Assembly (NCBI RefSeq): GCF_006345805.1
Contig: NC_043026.1
Location: 12,131,579-12,195,578 of the forward strand
DNA from: Octopus sinensis
Taxonomy: Eukaryota
Length of the DNA: 64,000 nucleotides
Reading direction: 5' to 3'
The notes beneath the pieces were generated by a model that did not search any database, was not told the DNA's origin, and saw only the letters and a program-made list of their open reading frames with translations. Both the position numbers and the translations under genes were made by a program. Numbering within the stretch: the first letter of the stretch is position 1; each line of letters opens with the position of its first letter. Positions 10,981 through 25,754 of the stretch are shown piece by piece.

Positions 10981-13539
10981 ATGGAAGATGTTAATCACTC
11001 GGACACTTCAAACACAACTGTTTTTACCAATATAGATACAGTTACAGAAACCGACAGATGTGATAAACTTGTATACAACAATGTTCCTGAATATCACTGT
11101 GAGATTTGTAAGAAGACATTCTCTTCGGAGGATGAAGTCGTCACACACGGAGAAATACACAATAAGAAGAAAGTCTATAATTGCGAAGTATGTGAGAAAT
11201 ATTTTGCTTCAAACAGTAATTTGACAAAACACAAAAGACTACATACTGGCGAAAAACTATTTCACTGTGAAATGTGTGGGAAAATATTCACTGACAATTC
11301 TCATCTTGTTGTTCACAAACGAACCCACACTGGGGAAAAACCATACGACTGTGAAATCTGTGGCAAATCGTTCTCTGAGAAGTCTAGTCTTGTAATTCAC
11401 GTACGTAGTCATACAGGAGAAAAGCCATATCAGTGTGAAATATGTGGTCAGTATTCGGTCACTAGAAGTGAGTTAACAAAGCATAAACGAAAACACTCTG
11501 GAGAAAAACCCTTTAATTGCGAAATGTGTGAGAAATCCTTTATCACTAAAAGTCAATTGAATAGTCACAAGAAAGTCCACTCGGGAGAAAAACCATATCA
11601 CTGTGAAACGTGCGGGAAATCATTCTCAGAGAAGTCTGGTCTTGTAATCCACATACGAATCCATACAGGAGAAAAACCTTTTGATTGTGAAATTTGTGGG
11701 AAAGGATTTATCACTAAAGGCCAGTTGAATAGTCACAAAAGCGTACATACTGGAAGAAAACCGTTTCACTGTGAAGTGTGTTGGAAATCGTTCTCTGGTA
11801 AGTCGAATCTTGTAGTTCACAAACGAATCCATACTGGAGAGAAACCTTACCATTGTGAGATATGCGGGAAATCCTTCTCCGATAATTCTAGTCTTGTAGT
11901 TCACATACGTAGTCATACTGGAGAGAAGCCGTTTCGTTGTGAAATTTGTGGGAAATATTTTGTTCAGACGAGTGATTTAGCAAAGCACAAACGAACCCAC
12001 TCTGGGGAAAAACCATATCATTGTGAAATCTGTGGAAAAACGTTCTCTGAGAAGTCTAGTCTTGTAATTCACGTACGTAGTCATACAGGAGAGAAGCCGT
12101 TTCGTTGTGAAATATGTGGTCAGTATTTGGTCACTAAAAGTGAGTTAACAAAGCATAAACGAAAACACTCTGGAGAAAAACCTTTTGATTGTGAAATTTG
12201 TGGGAAATCCTTTATCACTAAAAGTCAATTGAATAGTCACAAGAAAGTCCACTCGGGAGAAAAACCATATCACTGTGAGACGTGCGGGAAATCGTTCTCT
12301 GAGAAGTCTGGTCTTGTAATCCACATACGAATCCATACAGGAGAAAAACCTTTTGATTGTGAAATTTGTGGGAAAGGATTTATCACTAAAGGCCAGTTGA
12401 ATAGTCACAAAAGCATACATACTGGAAGAAAACCGTTTCACTGTGAAGTGTGTTGGAAATCGTTCTCTGGTAAGTCGAATCTTGTAGTTCACAAACGAAT
12501 CCATACTGGAGAGAAACCTTACCATTGTGAGATATGCGGGAAATCCTTCTCCGATAATTCTAGTCTTGTAGTTCACATACGTAGTCATACAGGAGAGAAG
12601 CCGTTTCGTTGTGAAATTTGTGGGAAATATTTTGTCCAGACGAGTGATTTAGCAAAGCACAAACGAAGACATACTGGGGAAAAACGTTTCCACTGTGGAA
12701 TTTGTGAGAAATCTTTTTCTAGTAATTCTAATCTTATAATTCACAAAAGGAAACATAGTGGAGAAAAACCTTTCTGTTGTGAAATGTGTGAGGAATCATT
12801 TATCTCTAAAGTTCAATTAAATAGTCACAAGATATCTCACACGGGAGAAAAACCCTTCCACTGTGAAGTTTGCGGAAAATCATTTTCTGAGAAGTCTGGT
12901 CTTGTAGTTCACAGGAGGGTCCACACTGGGGAAAAACCGTTCCAGTGTAAAATATGCGGAAAATCATTCTCTGACAAGTCTAGTCTTATAGTTCACCGAA
13001 GAGTCCATACTGGAGAAAAACCGTATCATTGTGAAATCTGTGGGAAATCTTTCTCTGAGAAATCTAGTCTTGTAGTTCATCGAAGAATTCATACAGGGGA
13101 AAAACCTTTTGGTTGTGAAATTTGTGGGAAATCTTTCGCCGAGAAGTCTGGTCTTGTAGTTCACAAACGAATCCACACGGGGGAAAAACCGTATCATTGT
13201 GAAATGTGTGGGAAATCTTTCTCTGAGAAGTCCACTCTTGTAGTTCACATACGTAGCCACACTGGAGAAAAACCATATCAGTGTGAAATCTGTGGGAAAT
13301 ATTTTGTCCAGAACAGTGATTTAACAAAGCACAGGAGGCGGCATACGGGGGAAAAACCTTTCCACTGTGGAATTTGTGGAAAATGTTTTGTCACTACTGG
13401 GGATCTAACAACACACAGGCGTAGTCACACGGGAGAGAAACCCTTCCCTTGTGAAATCTGCGGGAAATTGTTTTCTAATAATTCTAATCTTCTTGTTCAT
13501 AAAAGAAAACATTCTGTAGAAAACACCCTTTCAACGTGA
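10981..13539 (+). CDS. C2H2 zinc-finger protein G1, 852 aa, 29 fingers, no KRAB/ZAD/SET domain seen
   Basis: 29 CxxC-x12-HxxxH units with TGEKP-type linkers after a short acidic N-terminus. Confidence 0.95.
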   Translation: MEDVNHSDTSNTTVFTNIDTVTETDRCDKLVYNNVPEYHCEICKKTFSSEDEVVTHGEIHNKKKVYNCEVCEKYFASNSNLTKHKRLHTGEKLFHCEMCGKIFTDNSHLVVHKRTHTGEKPYDCEICGKSFSEKSSLVIHVRSHTGEKPYQCEICGQYSVTRSELTKHKRKHSGEKPFNCEMCEKSFITKSQLNSHKKVHSGEKPYHCETCGKSFSEKSGLVIHIRIHTGEKPFDCEICGKGFITKGQLNSHKSVHTGRKPFHCEVCWKSFSGKSNLVVHKRIHTGEKPYHCEICGKSFSDNSSLVVHIRSHTGEKPFRCEICGKYFVQTSDLAKHKRTHSGEKPYHCEICGKTFSEKSSLVIHVRSHTGEKPFRCEICGQYLVTKSELTKHKRKHSGEKPFDCEICGKSFITKSQLNSHKKVHSGEKPYHCETCGKSFSEKSGLVIHIRIHTGEKPFDCEICGKGFITKGQLNSHKSIHTGRKPFHCEVCWKSFSGKSNLVVHKRIHTGEKPYHCEICGKSFSDNSSLVVHIRSHTGEKPFRCEICGKYFVQTSDLAKHKRRHTGEKRFHCGICEKSFSSNSNLIIHKRKHSGEKPFCCEMCEESFISKVQLNSHKISHTGEKPFHCEVCGKSFSEKSGLVVHRRVHTGEKPFQCKICGKSFSDKSSLIVHRRVHTGEKPYHCEICGKSFSEKSSLVVHRRIHTGEKPFGCEICGKSFAEKSGLVVHKRIHTGEKPYHCEMCGKSFSEKSTLVVHIRSHTGEKPYQCEICGKYFVQNSDLTKHRRRHTGEKPFHCGICGKCFVTTGDLTTHRRSHTGEKPFPCEICGKLFSNNSNLLVHKRKHSVENTLST
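11341..12684 (+). repeat. 672-bp (8-finger) tandem duplication inside G1
   Basis: Fingers 4-11 recur as fingers 12-19 (e.g. FHCEVCWKSFSGKSNL twice) with an exact 672-bp period. Confidence 0.92.
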
Positions 13540-13865
13540 AATTTGTGGGAAATATTTTGTCAAGAACAGTGACTTAAAAAAACACATAAGAAAATATACT
13601 GGAGAAAAACCTTTCTGTTGTGAAATGTGTGAGGAATCATTTATCTCTAAAGTTCAATTAAATAGTCACAAAAGAGCTCAGCCTTTCCACTGTGAAATTT
13701 GCGGAAAATCATTCTCTGACAAGTCTAGTCTTATAGTTCACCGAAGAGTCCACACTAGTGAAAAACCATATCAGTGTGAAATCTGTGGGAAATATTTTGT
13801 CCAGAACAGTGATTTAACAAAGCACAGAAAACGGCACATGGGGGGAAAAACCTTTCCACTGTGGA
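13540..13865 (+). pseudogene. Decayed continuation of the G1 finger array
   Basis: Out-of-frame fingers ([52 protein letters not shown]) follow the stop; a further finger fragment lies at 15283-15330. Confidence 0.85.
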
Positions 13866-14805
13866 AAATATATATAACTCTTTATTCTCTTATTTACAAA
13901 AGAAGTACGTTGGTATATTGGTATCCACTTCATACGATATAGCAAGGCTGACCTTTAACACTTGTAAGATTCTTACAACAAATTCAGCTGCAACAGAGCA
14001 TGTCAAATTCTAAGCGTCTGGGACTGTAAAGGGAACTGGTTGGTTCTTTACACTTTTTGGGTGCAACCAATTTCCTTTCTTTAGTTTCCAGAAACTACCA
14101 GTCAGGAACAAGAACGCAACCTTAAAAATATATACGACTCTTTATTTTCTTATTTACAAAAGAAGTACGTTGGTATATTGGTATCCACTTGGTTCGATAT
14201 AGCAAGGCTAAATTTTAACATTTGTAAGATAAACCTCACAACAAATTCAGCTGCAACAGAGCATGTCAAATCCTAAGCGTCTGGGACTGTGAAGGGAACT
14301 GGTTGGTTCTTTACACTTTTTGGGTGCAACACAATTTCCTTTCTTTTTGTTTCCGGAAACTACCAGTCAGGAACAAGAACGCAACCTTAAAAATATATAT
14401 AACTCTTTATTTTTTTATTTACAAAAGAAGCACATTGGTATCCACTTGGTTCGATATAGCAAGGCTGAATTTTAACATTTGTAAGATTCTTACAACAAAT
14501 TCAGCTGCAACAGAGCAGGTCAAATCCTAAGCGTCTGGGACTGTAAAGGGAACTGGTTGCTTCTTTACACTTTTTGGGTGCAACACAATTTCCTTACTTT
14601 TTGTTTCCAGAAACTACCAGTCAGGAACAAAACGCAACTTTAAAAATATATATGATTCTTTATTTTCTTATTTACAAATGAAGCACGTTGGTATATTGGT
14701 ATCCACTTGGTTCGTTATAGCAAGGCTGAATTTTAACATTTGTAAGATAAACCTCACAACAAATTCAGCAGCAACAGAGCAGGTCAAATCCTAAGCGTCT
14801 GGGAC
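13866..14805. repeat. Satellite, about 260-bp unit x about 3.6
   Basis: Unit AAAATATATA..ACTCTTTATT...CTAAGCGTCTGGGAC...GAACGCAACCTT recurs near 13866, 14125, 14391 and 14642. Confidence 0.9.
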
Positions 14806-15329
14806 AGGAGAATAGGCTGATCACACGTTTAACATGTCCTTTCTCTTCAATAGCTGTGTCTCAAGTCAACGACACTAAACAAGGAACGCGATAGAATTTA
14901 TTCTTCAGTCTCTAGTGCATGTGCATGAGGGAACTTCCTTAGGCCTTTCTAGAAGGTTCCAGCCCCACACACGCACACTGAAGAATGACGTCACTACAAA
15001 GACATAAAAAAACTGTAGTGTGATGGATGAAGAGGACAACAGAAGAAGAAGGAGAAAGAAATACAAACAGGCCTTACCTCGGTGAAGATCAGACGTCTCT
15101 TACAAATTCGACGCGTCCTGTCGCTTCCTTGTCTCTGCTCGAACTACCCGCTTCCTTGATCGCCACAAGTGCGTCCCGCTTGACCGCTTCTCCCCACACA
15201 TGCGCCCTCCAGTTTTCCACCGGCTCCAGCAAGCCCTACTTCCGCCCACCTCATCTGTCGTCCTCTCCACCGACACCACAAAAGCATACTGGAGAAAAAC
15301 TTTTCCACTGTGAAATATGCGGGAAATCT

Positions 15330-15860
15330 ATTGTTGTATTTAGGAAGGGTCATTTTGCCAGTTTAGCCAATAAAAACACACGCACTATATATTCATAGTT
15401 GATTGCTTGTGTCTCATTTTACAACTTTGTCGGAGCTTCGAAAACGAAATGCAGTTTTATTTGGGAAAACGTTTATATGATTTTGTTGTATTTAGGTATG
15501 GTCATTTTGCCAGTTTAGCCAATAAAAACACACGCACTATATATTTATATTTGATTGCTTGTGTCTCATTTTACAACTTTGTTGGAGCTTCGAAAACGAA
15601 ATGCAGTTTTATTTGGGAAAACGTTTATATGATTTTGTTGTATTTAGGTATGGTCATTTTGCCAGTTTAGCCAATAAAAACACACGCACTATATATTTAT
15701 ATTTGATTGCTTGTGTCTCATTTTACAACTTTGTCGGAGCTTCGAAAATGAAATGCAGTTTTATTTGGGAAAACGTTTATATGATTTTGTTGTATTTAGG
15801 TATGGTCATTTTGCCAGTTTAGCCAATAAAAACACACGCACTATATATTCGGTGTTATTT
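15330..15860. repeat. 152-bp tandem array related to the 4207/4862 inverted-repeat arms
   Basis: Period 152 (repeated ORFs at 15407, 15559, 15711); contains GGTCATTTTGCCAGTTTAGCCAATAAAAACACACGCAC. Confidence 0.9.
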
Positions 15861-15906
15861 TGCTTCATTGTTATTTATTTTTTTACATTAATCTTAATCT
15901 TATTTC

Positions 15907-15953
15907 GGCCACACAGTTCTTTCGTCACACTCCTGTGACCTCATCAGTGGTCC
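15907..15953 (-). ncRNA. Degenerate minimal type I hammerhead motif
   Basis: GGACCA-CTGATGA-G-GTCAC(AGGAGT)GTGAC-GAAA-G(AACT)G-TG-TGGCC: core and stem II intact, stem III and the cleavage triplet mutated. Confidence 0.5.
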
Positions 15954-16074
15954 TTTGCTTTCTTCTTTCTTATTTGTGTGTCTCTCCTTACTCACAATCA
16001 GCCATTTTGTATTTTGTATTCCTATTGTATGTGTCTTCATTTGCGCATGCGTATATCTCTATGTGTGTTTATGT

Positions 16075-16370
16075 TAGTTAGTTAGTTAGTTAATTTTTTG
16101 GCTCAAAAAGCAAAAAGCAAGGCCATGTAGGGGGACATGGAGTTATGTACAGGGTGGTGTTCATGTAAAGAGTTCAGGCCATTTGTGGTCAAGGGAGACT
16201 TTGAACCGATCGGTAATCCAAGCTTAATGAGAATGCAAAGTCATCTTACACAAGTTCCAGACTTTGAAACAGAGAAACTTTGCTAAACGTTGTCAGTCAG
16301 AGGAAATATTTCACAGTGATTTTACCATAGATTTATATAAATCTGGTTCTGCATGAGTTAAAGATTTATT
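16075..16370 (-). repeat. Duplicate of the G2 5' leader segment (20449-20780)
   Basis: CR1 family 2 tail followed by CAAGCTTAATGAGAATGCAAAGTCATCTTACACAAGTTCCAGAC...ATAGATTTATATAAA, found on both sides of G2. Confidence 0.85.
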
Positions 16371-16680
16371 ATTACAATCAACAGAATTATTCCAATAATG
16401 AAATATATGCAATAAACTTCACACTTGAATATACATGACATATATGAAGAAATGTATATAAGGTCCAGAATATATATATATATAATTTTAAAATTTTATA
16501 TTTTATATATTTTGTATATTATATTAATTATTTTTATTTTTATGTATTGGCTTATGTTTTTCATTGTTTGATTTGCCTAATAGTGGTTTTATCTCTAATT
16601 TAATTTATATTTATACTGTGAAATTAGATTTAATACTAAATCTAATTTTTCCCTGTAAGTTTGGATTTACTCCCTACTAC

Positions 16681-16733
<53 letters not shown>

Positions 16734-16759
16734 TATATATATATATATTCACAAAAAAA

Positions 16760-16910
16760 CAAAGATAAGTGGTGTAGATAACAAACAGATGTATTAGTTT
16801 AACGCTTAGGAAATGAAAAAGTGTTTAACGTTTCGAGCCCATGCTCTTCCACAGAAAGAAAAGGAAGAGAAAATAAAGAATGTGTTGTGGCTAGCAATCT
16901 ATCATGGCGA
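16760..16910 (-). mobile_element. Second copy of the Penelope-like terminal fragment, with a hammerhead-like motif at about 16823-16858
   Basis: TCTTT-CTGTGGA-A-GAGC(ATGG)GCTC-GAAA-CG-TT-AAAC; flanks are similar to 546-756. Confidence 0.55.
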
Positions 16911-17097
16911 ATATATATATATATATATATATATCAGGAAGGGCATTCGGCCGTAGAAAACTTGCCACACGCATAGCGCTGCGTATATATTACCCATCAT
17001 TCTGCTAAGATATGATGAAATATTTTCTTTCATGGTTTATGTCACTTCTAAAATTTACTGATGTATGAGAAAACACCTCTTCTATTATCCAAAGTGT

Positions 17098-17420
17098 ATA
17101 TTGTCAGAAAACAGCACAGCTCCCATGACTTTAGGAAACATTTTTTTCACACTAAAAGTTGCTGAAGCATGGAACAAACTGCCAGCATCAGTTGTTAGTT
17201 GTCGGAGCACTGCATCCTTCAAAACTTCCATGCTTCCTGAGATTCGCCAACACTACACCTGATTTTCTCCCCTCCATACACACACAAGCATGTATCTGAC
17301 TCATACACGGTTCACTTCCCAGACATTTGTACATTACTGCATGTACTTTATATGCACTTTCTGACAAGTTGTGGTGCACCTGAGCACTGTATACAATAAT
17401 TTCATTATTATTATTATTAT
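17098..17420 (+). mobile_element. CR1/L2 family 1 3' fragment
   Basis: FFTLKVAEAWNKLPASVV; (ATT)n tail. Confidence 0.85.
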
Positions 17421-17658
17421 ACTTCAAGAAATATGTTAGATGGAATATATATGAGTATTCTGAAATAATAATTTTTATTAAAAATAGCCAAATGGAAATG
17501 TCACCAAAGTAGATATAAACATGATTGCATAAAATAGAGTGTTAGGAGGTGTTCTCGCAGAAAGTCTGAAACAGTTGTAGCTTATTTCATGTGTGATAAT
17601 ATCAACTATAGTATACGATTTTTTTTTTTTTATAAAATGACTTATGTCAATGATACAG

Positions 17659-19921
<2,263 letters not shown>

Positions 19922-20002
19922 CGTTTTCTTTCTGTCATCAAAATATACAAATGCTCTTCTTTTTTTCTGGATTTAGAATTTTTATTCCTAACAAATATTT
20001 AT

Positions 20003-20408
20003 TACTCTTTTACTCTTTTACTTGTTTCAGTCATTTGACTGCGGCTATGCTGGAGCACCGCCTTTAGTCGAGCAAATCGACCCTGGGACTGATTCTTTGT
20101 AAGCCCAGTACTTATTCTATCGGTCTCTTTTGCCGAGAGCTAAGTGACGGGGACATAAACACACCAGCATCGGTTGTCATGCAATGCTAGAGGGACAAAC
20201 ACAGACACAAACATATACACATACATACATATATATACATATATACGACAGGCTTCTTTCAGTTTCCGTCTACCAAATCCACTCACAAGGCTTTGGTTGG
20301 CCCAAGGCTATAGCAGAAGACACTTGCCCAAGGTGCCACGCAGTGGGACTGAACCCGGAACCATGTGGTTGGTTAGCAAGCTACTTACCACACAGCCACT
20401 CCTGCGCC
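20003..20408 (-). mobile_element. SINE family A inside the G2 leader
   Basis: Full-length match to family A. Confidence 0.9.
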
Positions 20409-20642
20409 TGCTATATTTCTGTTAACTGTAATCTTAGTCAATATCTGAAGTTAATTTTTTAGCTCAAAAAGCAAAAAGCAAAGCCATGTAGGGGGACACG
20501 GAGTTATGTACTGGGAGGGTGTTCATGCAAAGAGTTCAGGCCATTTCTGGTCAAGAGAGCCTTTGAACCGAGTGGTCGTTGGCATCTTCACTATCTCGTT
20601 CGGCAGCTTATTCCACGGATCCGCAACCCGTGTAATCCAAGC

Positions 20643-20663
20643 TTAATGAGAATGCAAAGTCAT
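20643..20663 (-). promoter_or_regulatory. uORF MTLHSH* in the G2 leader
   Basis: ATG ACT TTG CAT TCT CAT TAA, homologous in position to uORFs in G3, G5 and G6. Confidence 0.55.
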
Positions 20664-20839
20664 CTTACACAAGTTCCAGACTCTGAAACAGAGAAATTTT
20701 GCTAAACGTTGTCAGTGAGAGGAAATATTTCCCAGTGATTTTACCATAGATTTATATAAACCTGGTTCTCTTTGAGTTCTGCATAACATTTTCTTTTGAT
20801 CTTGATAAATGAGTGATAATCTTTAACGACAACAGCATC

Positions 20840-20870
20840 TGGTTTTCTGGAAATAACAAAAAAAGAGTAT
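20840..20870 (-). promoter_or_regulatory. Putative 3' splice acceptor of the G2 leader/coding exon (AG at 20848-20847)
   Basis: CTCTTTTTTTGTTATTTCCAG|AAAACCAGATG, matching G3 TTCTATTATTTCAG|AAAACCAGATG. Confidence 0.6.
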
Positions 20871-20945
20871 AAACATATGAAAAAAAAAGGAACTTGTCAA
20901 TGAACAAAGATAAAACAAATAGGAAAAATAAACCCAATCTGTTTC

Positions 20946-21798
20946 TTAACCCTTTCGTTACCGTATTCATTTTGAGATGCTCCGTGTTTCTTTGAATTAC
21001 TTTAAATATAACAAAGAATTTAGTAAAACAACTTAGTTATCATTAAGCTAGTGTTAGGAACATAAATTGTGACTAAAGTTTGGTGGAAGATTTTAATTCA
21101 AAACTTACGGAAACAAAACATTTGTACGCAGAGCCAGGGCCGGTTTCAGCCGGTTTGGTATTGAAAGGGTTAAAAACATCTCTACATTTGGGCAGATGGA
21201 CATTAGAAGCAGTTGAAAGGGTGGGGATTGAAAGAAATTTAGGCTATTATTTCTAGCATACAGAGTGACCACATAGAGGTCTCCTTCTCTCATGTCTTCT
21301 GCTGATTATTTTTCTTCTTAACCCTTTTGTTACCATACTTCTGTTGAGATGCTCTGTGTTTCTTTCAATTAATTTTAAATATAACAAAGAATTTAGTGAA
21401 ATATCTTAGTTATCATTCAGCTAGTGTTAGGAACATAGATTGTGACTAAGGTTTGGTGGAAGATTTTAATTCAAAATTTATGAAAACAAGACATTTGTAC
21501 TCAGAGCCAGAGGTGGTTTCAACCAGGTTGGTATCAAAAGGGTTAAGAATTGTTTCTCTATTATATATTTTAACCCTCTTGTTACCATAATTTTGTTGAG
21601 ATGCTCTGTGTTTCTTTCAAATAATTTTAAATATAAGAAAGAATTTAGTAAAATAACTTGGTTATCATTAAGCTAAAGTTAGGAACATAAATTGTGACTA
21701 AGGTTTGGTGGAAGATATAAATTCAAAACTTATGAAAACAAGACATTTGTACTCAGAACTAGAGCCAGTTTCAGCTGAGTTGGTAACGAGAGGGTTAA
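20946..21798. mobile_element. Three TTAA-flanked piggyBac-like MITEs (family P1)
   Basis: TTAA-CCC(T)TT...AAGGG-TTAA ends at 20946-21173, 21318-21546 and 21570-21798. Confidence 0.75.
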
Positions 21799-22174
21799 AC
21801 AAATATATAATATGTAATGTGTGCAACAGAGAGGAAAATTAAAACTGCATATATTGTGAACTTAGAATATGTGTTTATTAATAAAAGTTTAATAACGATA
21901 ATCTTTTATTCATACGAACGTAACTGATATGAAATATGTCATAAATACCAATTTTGAAGAATTTATTTATTCTTTTCTGTAATTCTGTAATTCAAAGACT
22001 AAGAATGTACTCTTAGATTGACTATGCCTAAAAACAGAATGGACAGTCATTGTTGGAATGTCTTTCATCATACTTATGTCTTAACAATACTGCTGCGGGT
22101 CTAAATGTTTTTTTAAAAAAATGACCATCCTATCTGTTTTTTTTAAATATTGTAGTTGTGACCATTCTGTATAC

Positions 22175-22405
22175 CTATTTCTTTATTACCCACAAGGGGC
22201 TAAACATAGAGGGGACAAACAAGGACAGACATAGGTATTAAGTCGATTACATCGACCCCAGTGCGTAACTGGTACTTAATTTATCGACCCCGAAAGGATG
22301 AAAGGCAAAGTCGACCTCGGCGGAATTTGAACTCAGAACGTAACGGCAGACGAAATACCGCTAAGCATTTCGTCCGGCGTGCTAACGTTTCTACCAGCTC
22401 GCCAC
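22175..22405 (-). mobile_element. SINE family B, single copy
   Basis: Full head and body. Confidence 0.85.
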
Positions 22406-22464
22406 CATTCTGTATACCAAATATGATCACCTCACTGCCTGAAAAATTTAAAACAATGGGACGT

Positions 22465-23300
22465 TAATGGCTAGAATACTTTAATCAGCTGAGTAGAGTT
22501 GAACCAGGGCTAGTTGAACAAGTGACAGGTGTATGTGTCTGTATGTCTGTCGACTTTGCCTTTCATCCTTTCGGGGTCGATAAATAAAGTACCAGATACG
22601 CACTGGGGTCGACGTAATCGACTTAATCCGTTTGTCTGTCCTTGTTTGTCCTCTCTGTGTTTAGCCCCTTGTGGGTAGTAAATAAATAGGTATGTCTGTC
22701 AACCAGCATGCTAAAAATAGCAGCTACATCCCTAACCCATTAAAGTATTCTATTATGGCTAGAATACTTTAATCAGCTGAGTAGAGTTGAACCAGGGCTA
22801 GTTGAACAAGTGACAGGTGTATGTGTCTGTATGTCTGTCGACTTTGCCTTTCATCCTTTCGGGGTCGATAAATAAAGTACCAGATACGCACTGGGGTCGA
22901 CGTAATCGACTTAATCCGTTTGTCTGTCCTTGTTTGTCCTCTCTGTGTTTAGCCCCTTGTGGGTAGTAAATAAATAGTATGTCTGTCAACCAGCATGCTA
23001 AAAATAGCAGCTACATCCCTAACCCATTAAAGTATTCTATTATGGCTGGAATACTTTAATCAGCTGAGTAGAGTTGAACCAGGGCTAGTTGAACAAGTGA
23101 CAGGTGTATGTGTCTGTATGTCTGTCGACTTTGCCTTTCATCCTTTCGGGGTCGATAAATAAAGTACCAGATACACACTGGGGTCGACGTAATCGACTTA
23201 ATCCGTTTGTCCTCTCTGTGTTTAGCCCCTTGTGGGTAGTAAATAAATAGGTATGTCTGTCAACCAGCATGCTAAAAATAGCAGCTACATCCCTAACCCT
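22465..23300. repeat. 288-bp tandem array x3 containing the SINE B 3' half
   Basis: ATGGCT.GAATACTTTAATCAGCTGAGTAGAG at 22467, 22755 and 23042. Confidence 0.9.
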
Positions 23301-23664
23301 TGGATAAATTTCTTTGTTAAAACCAATGAATATTGTTTGATTTAGGCACGAGACCAAAAAATTAAGACAGTTATGTTAGGGTTATATAGGCTGCTTAAAC
23401 CAGAATTCTGCTCTGTAATAATGTATAAAAGGGAAATTCTGAGTGCATGATTTACCAATTTTGAAGAATTTATTTATTCTTTTCTGTAATTCAAAGAGGT
23501 CGATTTTGCGCGTCGATCTAATTAGGATTGATGACCCGCTGATTATGGAAAAGGAAGCCATGGCAATCCAACTGATACATTTCTGCTTGAAAATAAGCTG
23601 AATCGTGAAATGTGAGAAAAGTTATTCTCTAATTTGTTGCTAATTTAGATCCATTTCCCCTTAT

Positions 23665-24412
23665 TTGGCAGACACCCATAAAATTATCAACCATCTTACT
23701 AACAATAACTCTGAGTACCTTTTCAAACTCCACCTGTCTAGCACTCGTGGACATATTTACAAAGTCAGAAAACAGCACAGCTCCCATGACTTTCGGAAAC
23801 ATTTTTTCACGCTGAGAGTTGCTGAAGCATGGAACAAACTGCCGGCATTAGTTGTTAGTTGTCGGAGCACTGCATCCTTCAAAACTTCCATGCTTTCTGA
23901 GATTTGCCAACACTACACCTGATTTTCTCCCCTCCATACACACGCAAGCATGTATCTGACTTATACACTGTTTACTTCCCAGACATTCGTACATTACTGC
24001 ATATGCAGACACCCATAAAATTATTAATCATCTTATTAACAATAACTCTGAGCACCTTTTCAAACTCCACCTGTCTAACACCCATGGACATGTTTACAAA
24101 GTCAGAAAACAACACAGCTCCCATGACTTTCGGAAACATTTTTTCACGCTGAGAGTTGCTGAAGCATGGAACAAACTGCCGGCATCAGTTGTTAGTTGTC
24201 GGAGCATTGCATCCTTCAAAACTTCCATGCTTCCTGAGATTCGCCAACACTACACCTGATTTTCTCCCCTCCATACACACACAAGCATGTACCTGACTCA
24301 TACATTGTTCGCTTTCCAGACATTTGTACATTACTGCATGTACTTTATATGCACTTTCTGACAAGTTGTGGTGCACCTGAGCACTGTATACAATAATTTC
24401 ATTATTATATTA
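23665..24412 (+). mobile_element. Head-to-tail dimer of CR1/L2 family 1 3' fragments
   Basis: Two consecutive copies joined at CATTACTGCATATGCAGACACCCAT (about 23990-24015). Confidence 0.85.
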
Positions 24413-25159
24413 TTCTGTAAAATAAGGAACGACCAATTAACGATGTATAATTAAACATTTAATTACGAAGGTGATGGAACACCGACCTTAGAACATGCAG
24501 GTCACCATATGCTATCCATAAACATTAACGTTTACCTTAATAATTAGATAATTATCACACATCGTATAATTAAATTTAATTACAATTATAGTATAAGCGG
24601 TGTCATGAATTAAAAGTCCCTAACGCAATTTAATACCGTACGTCCATGTCTCATTCACTGCGATCCTGTACTTCCTCTCTCTCCATCTTTAAACCGTTTC
24701 CTCCTAACATTTCTTATTTCACACCAATTCATTCCTCTACCTTTTATATTTATCGTACACAAGGTATACTCTATTTATATTCAACTTATATATTTTCTCT
24801 GTTTCGTTTTTCAGCAGTTAATTGTATTTCCTTTCACATGTTACCGTCGTTGCTAATTTTTATGTTGCTAGATGTGATTTTAAGTTGCGATTTCTAGCAA
24901 TTCGAACTCATTTTAATTAATATTTGTTTTGTTCCGAATATACAAATAAGTAACAAACTCGACTGTTAAATAATTGTTAATAACATCGAAAATATCCCTT
25001 ATGAAAAAAACAAGTAGGTTTACAGCACTATATAATAATCTTCCCGCGGCTGCTAAAACAATCTGATAGCAGTTTGGCAAAGTGAAAGTAACGTGTTGAA
25101 CAAAAATCACCGGTAGTTTTCGGGTCCTAGTGGGTTTTTTTGCGGAATTCTACTACATA

Positions 25160-25366
25160 TACTCTTTTACTTGTTTCAGTCATTTGACTGCGGCCATGCT
25201 GGAGCACCGCCTTTAATCGAGCAACTCGACCCCGGCACTTATTCTTTTGTAAGCCCAGTACTTATTCTATCGGTCTGTTTTGCCGAACCGCTAGGTGACG
25301 GGGACATAAACACACCAGCATCGGTTGTCAAGCAATGCTAGGAGGACAAACACAGACACACACACA

Positions 25367-25421
<55 letters not shown>

Positions 25422-25600
25422 TATATATACATATATACGACGGGCTTCTTTCAGTTTCCGTCTACTAATTCCACTCACAAGGCTTTGGTCGGCCCGAAAC
25501 TATAGTAGAAGAAACTTGCCCAAGGTGCCACGCAGTGGGACTGAACCCGGAACCATGTGGTTGGTAAACAAGCTACTTACCACAGAGCCACTCCTGCGCC
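25160..25600 (-). mobile_element. SINE family A with an expanded (TA)n tract
   Basis: Full-length match to family A. Confidence 0.9.
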
Positions 25601-25754
25601 TATATACAATTTCATTGGGTAAGATGGTAATGGGGATTCTTGAAATGTTGAAATGCTGTTGTCTTGGCAAAATCAAAATCTCAATTGTTGAAATCAGAAA
25701 GAAAAGAAATAAAACCCAAAGGGGTGAGGGAAAGTTTTCAACATCTCTGCAACG

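Noticed and set aside
15027-15398. 123-aa ORF ending in a finger fragment
   Set aside because: A chance fusion of a GC-rich insert, a finger remnant and a satellite unit.
21945-23495. About 45-bp direct repeat ACCAATTTTGAAGAATTTATTTATTCTTTTCTGTAATTC near 21950 and 23455
   Set aside because: Short and AT-rich; its origin cannot be assigned.
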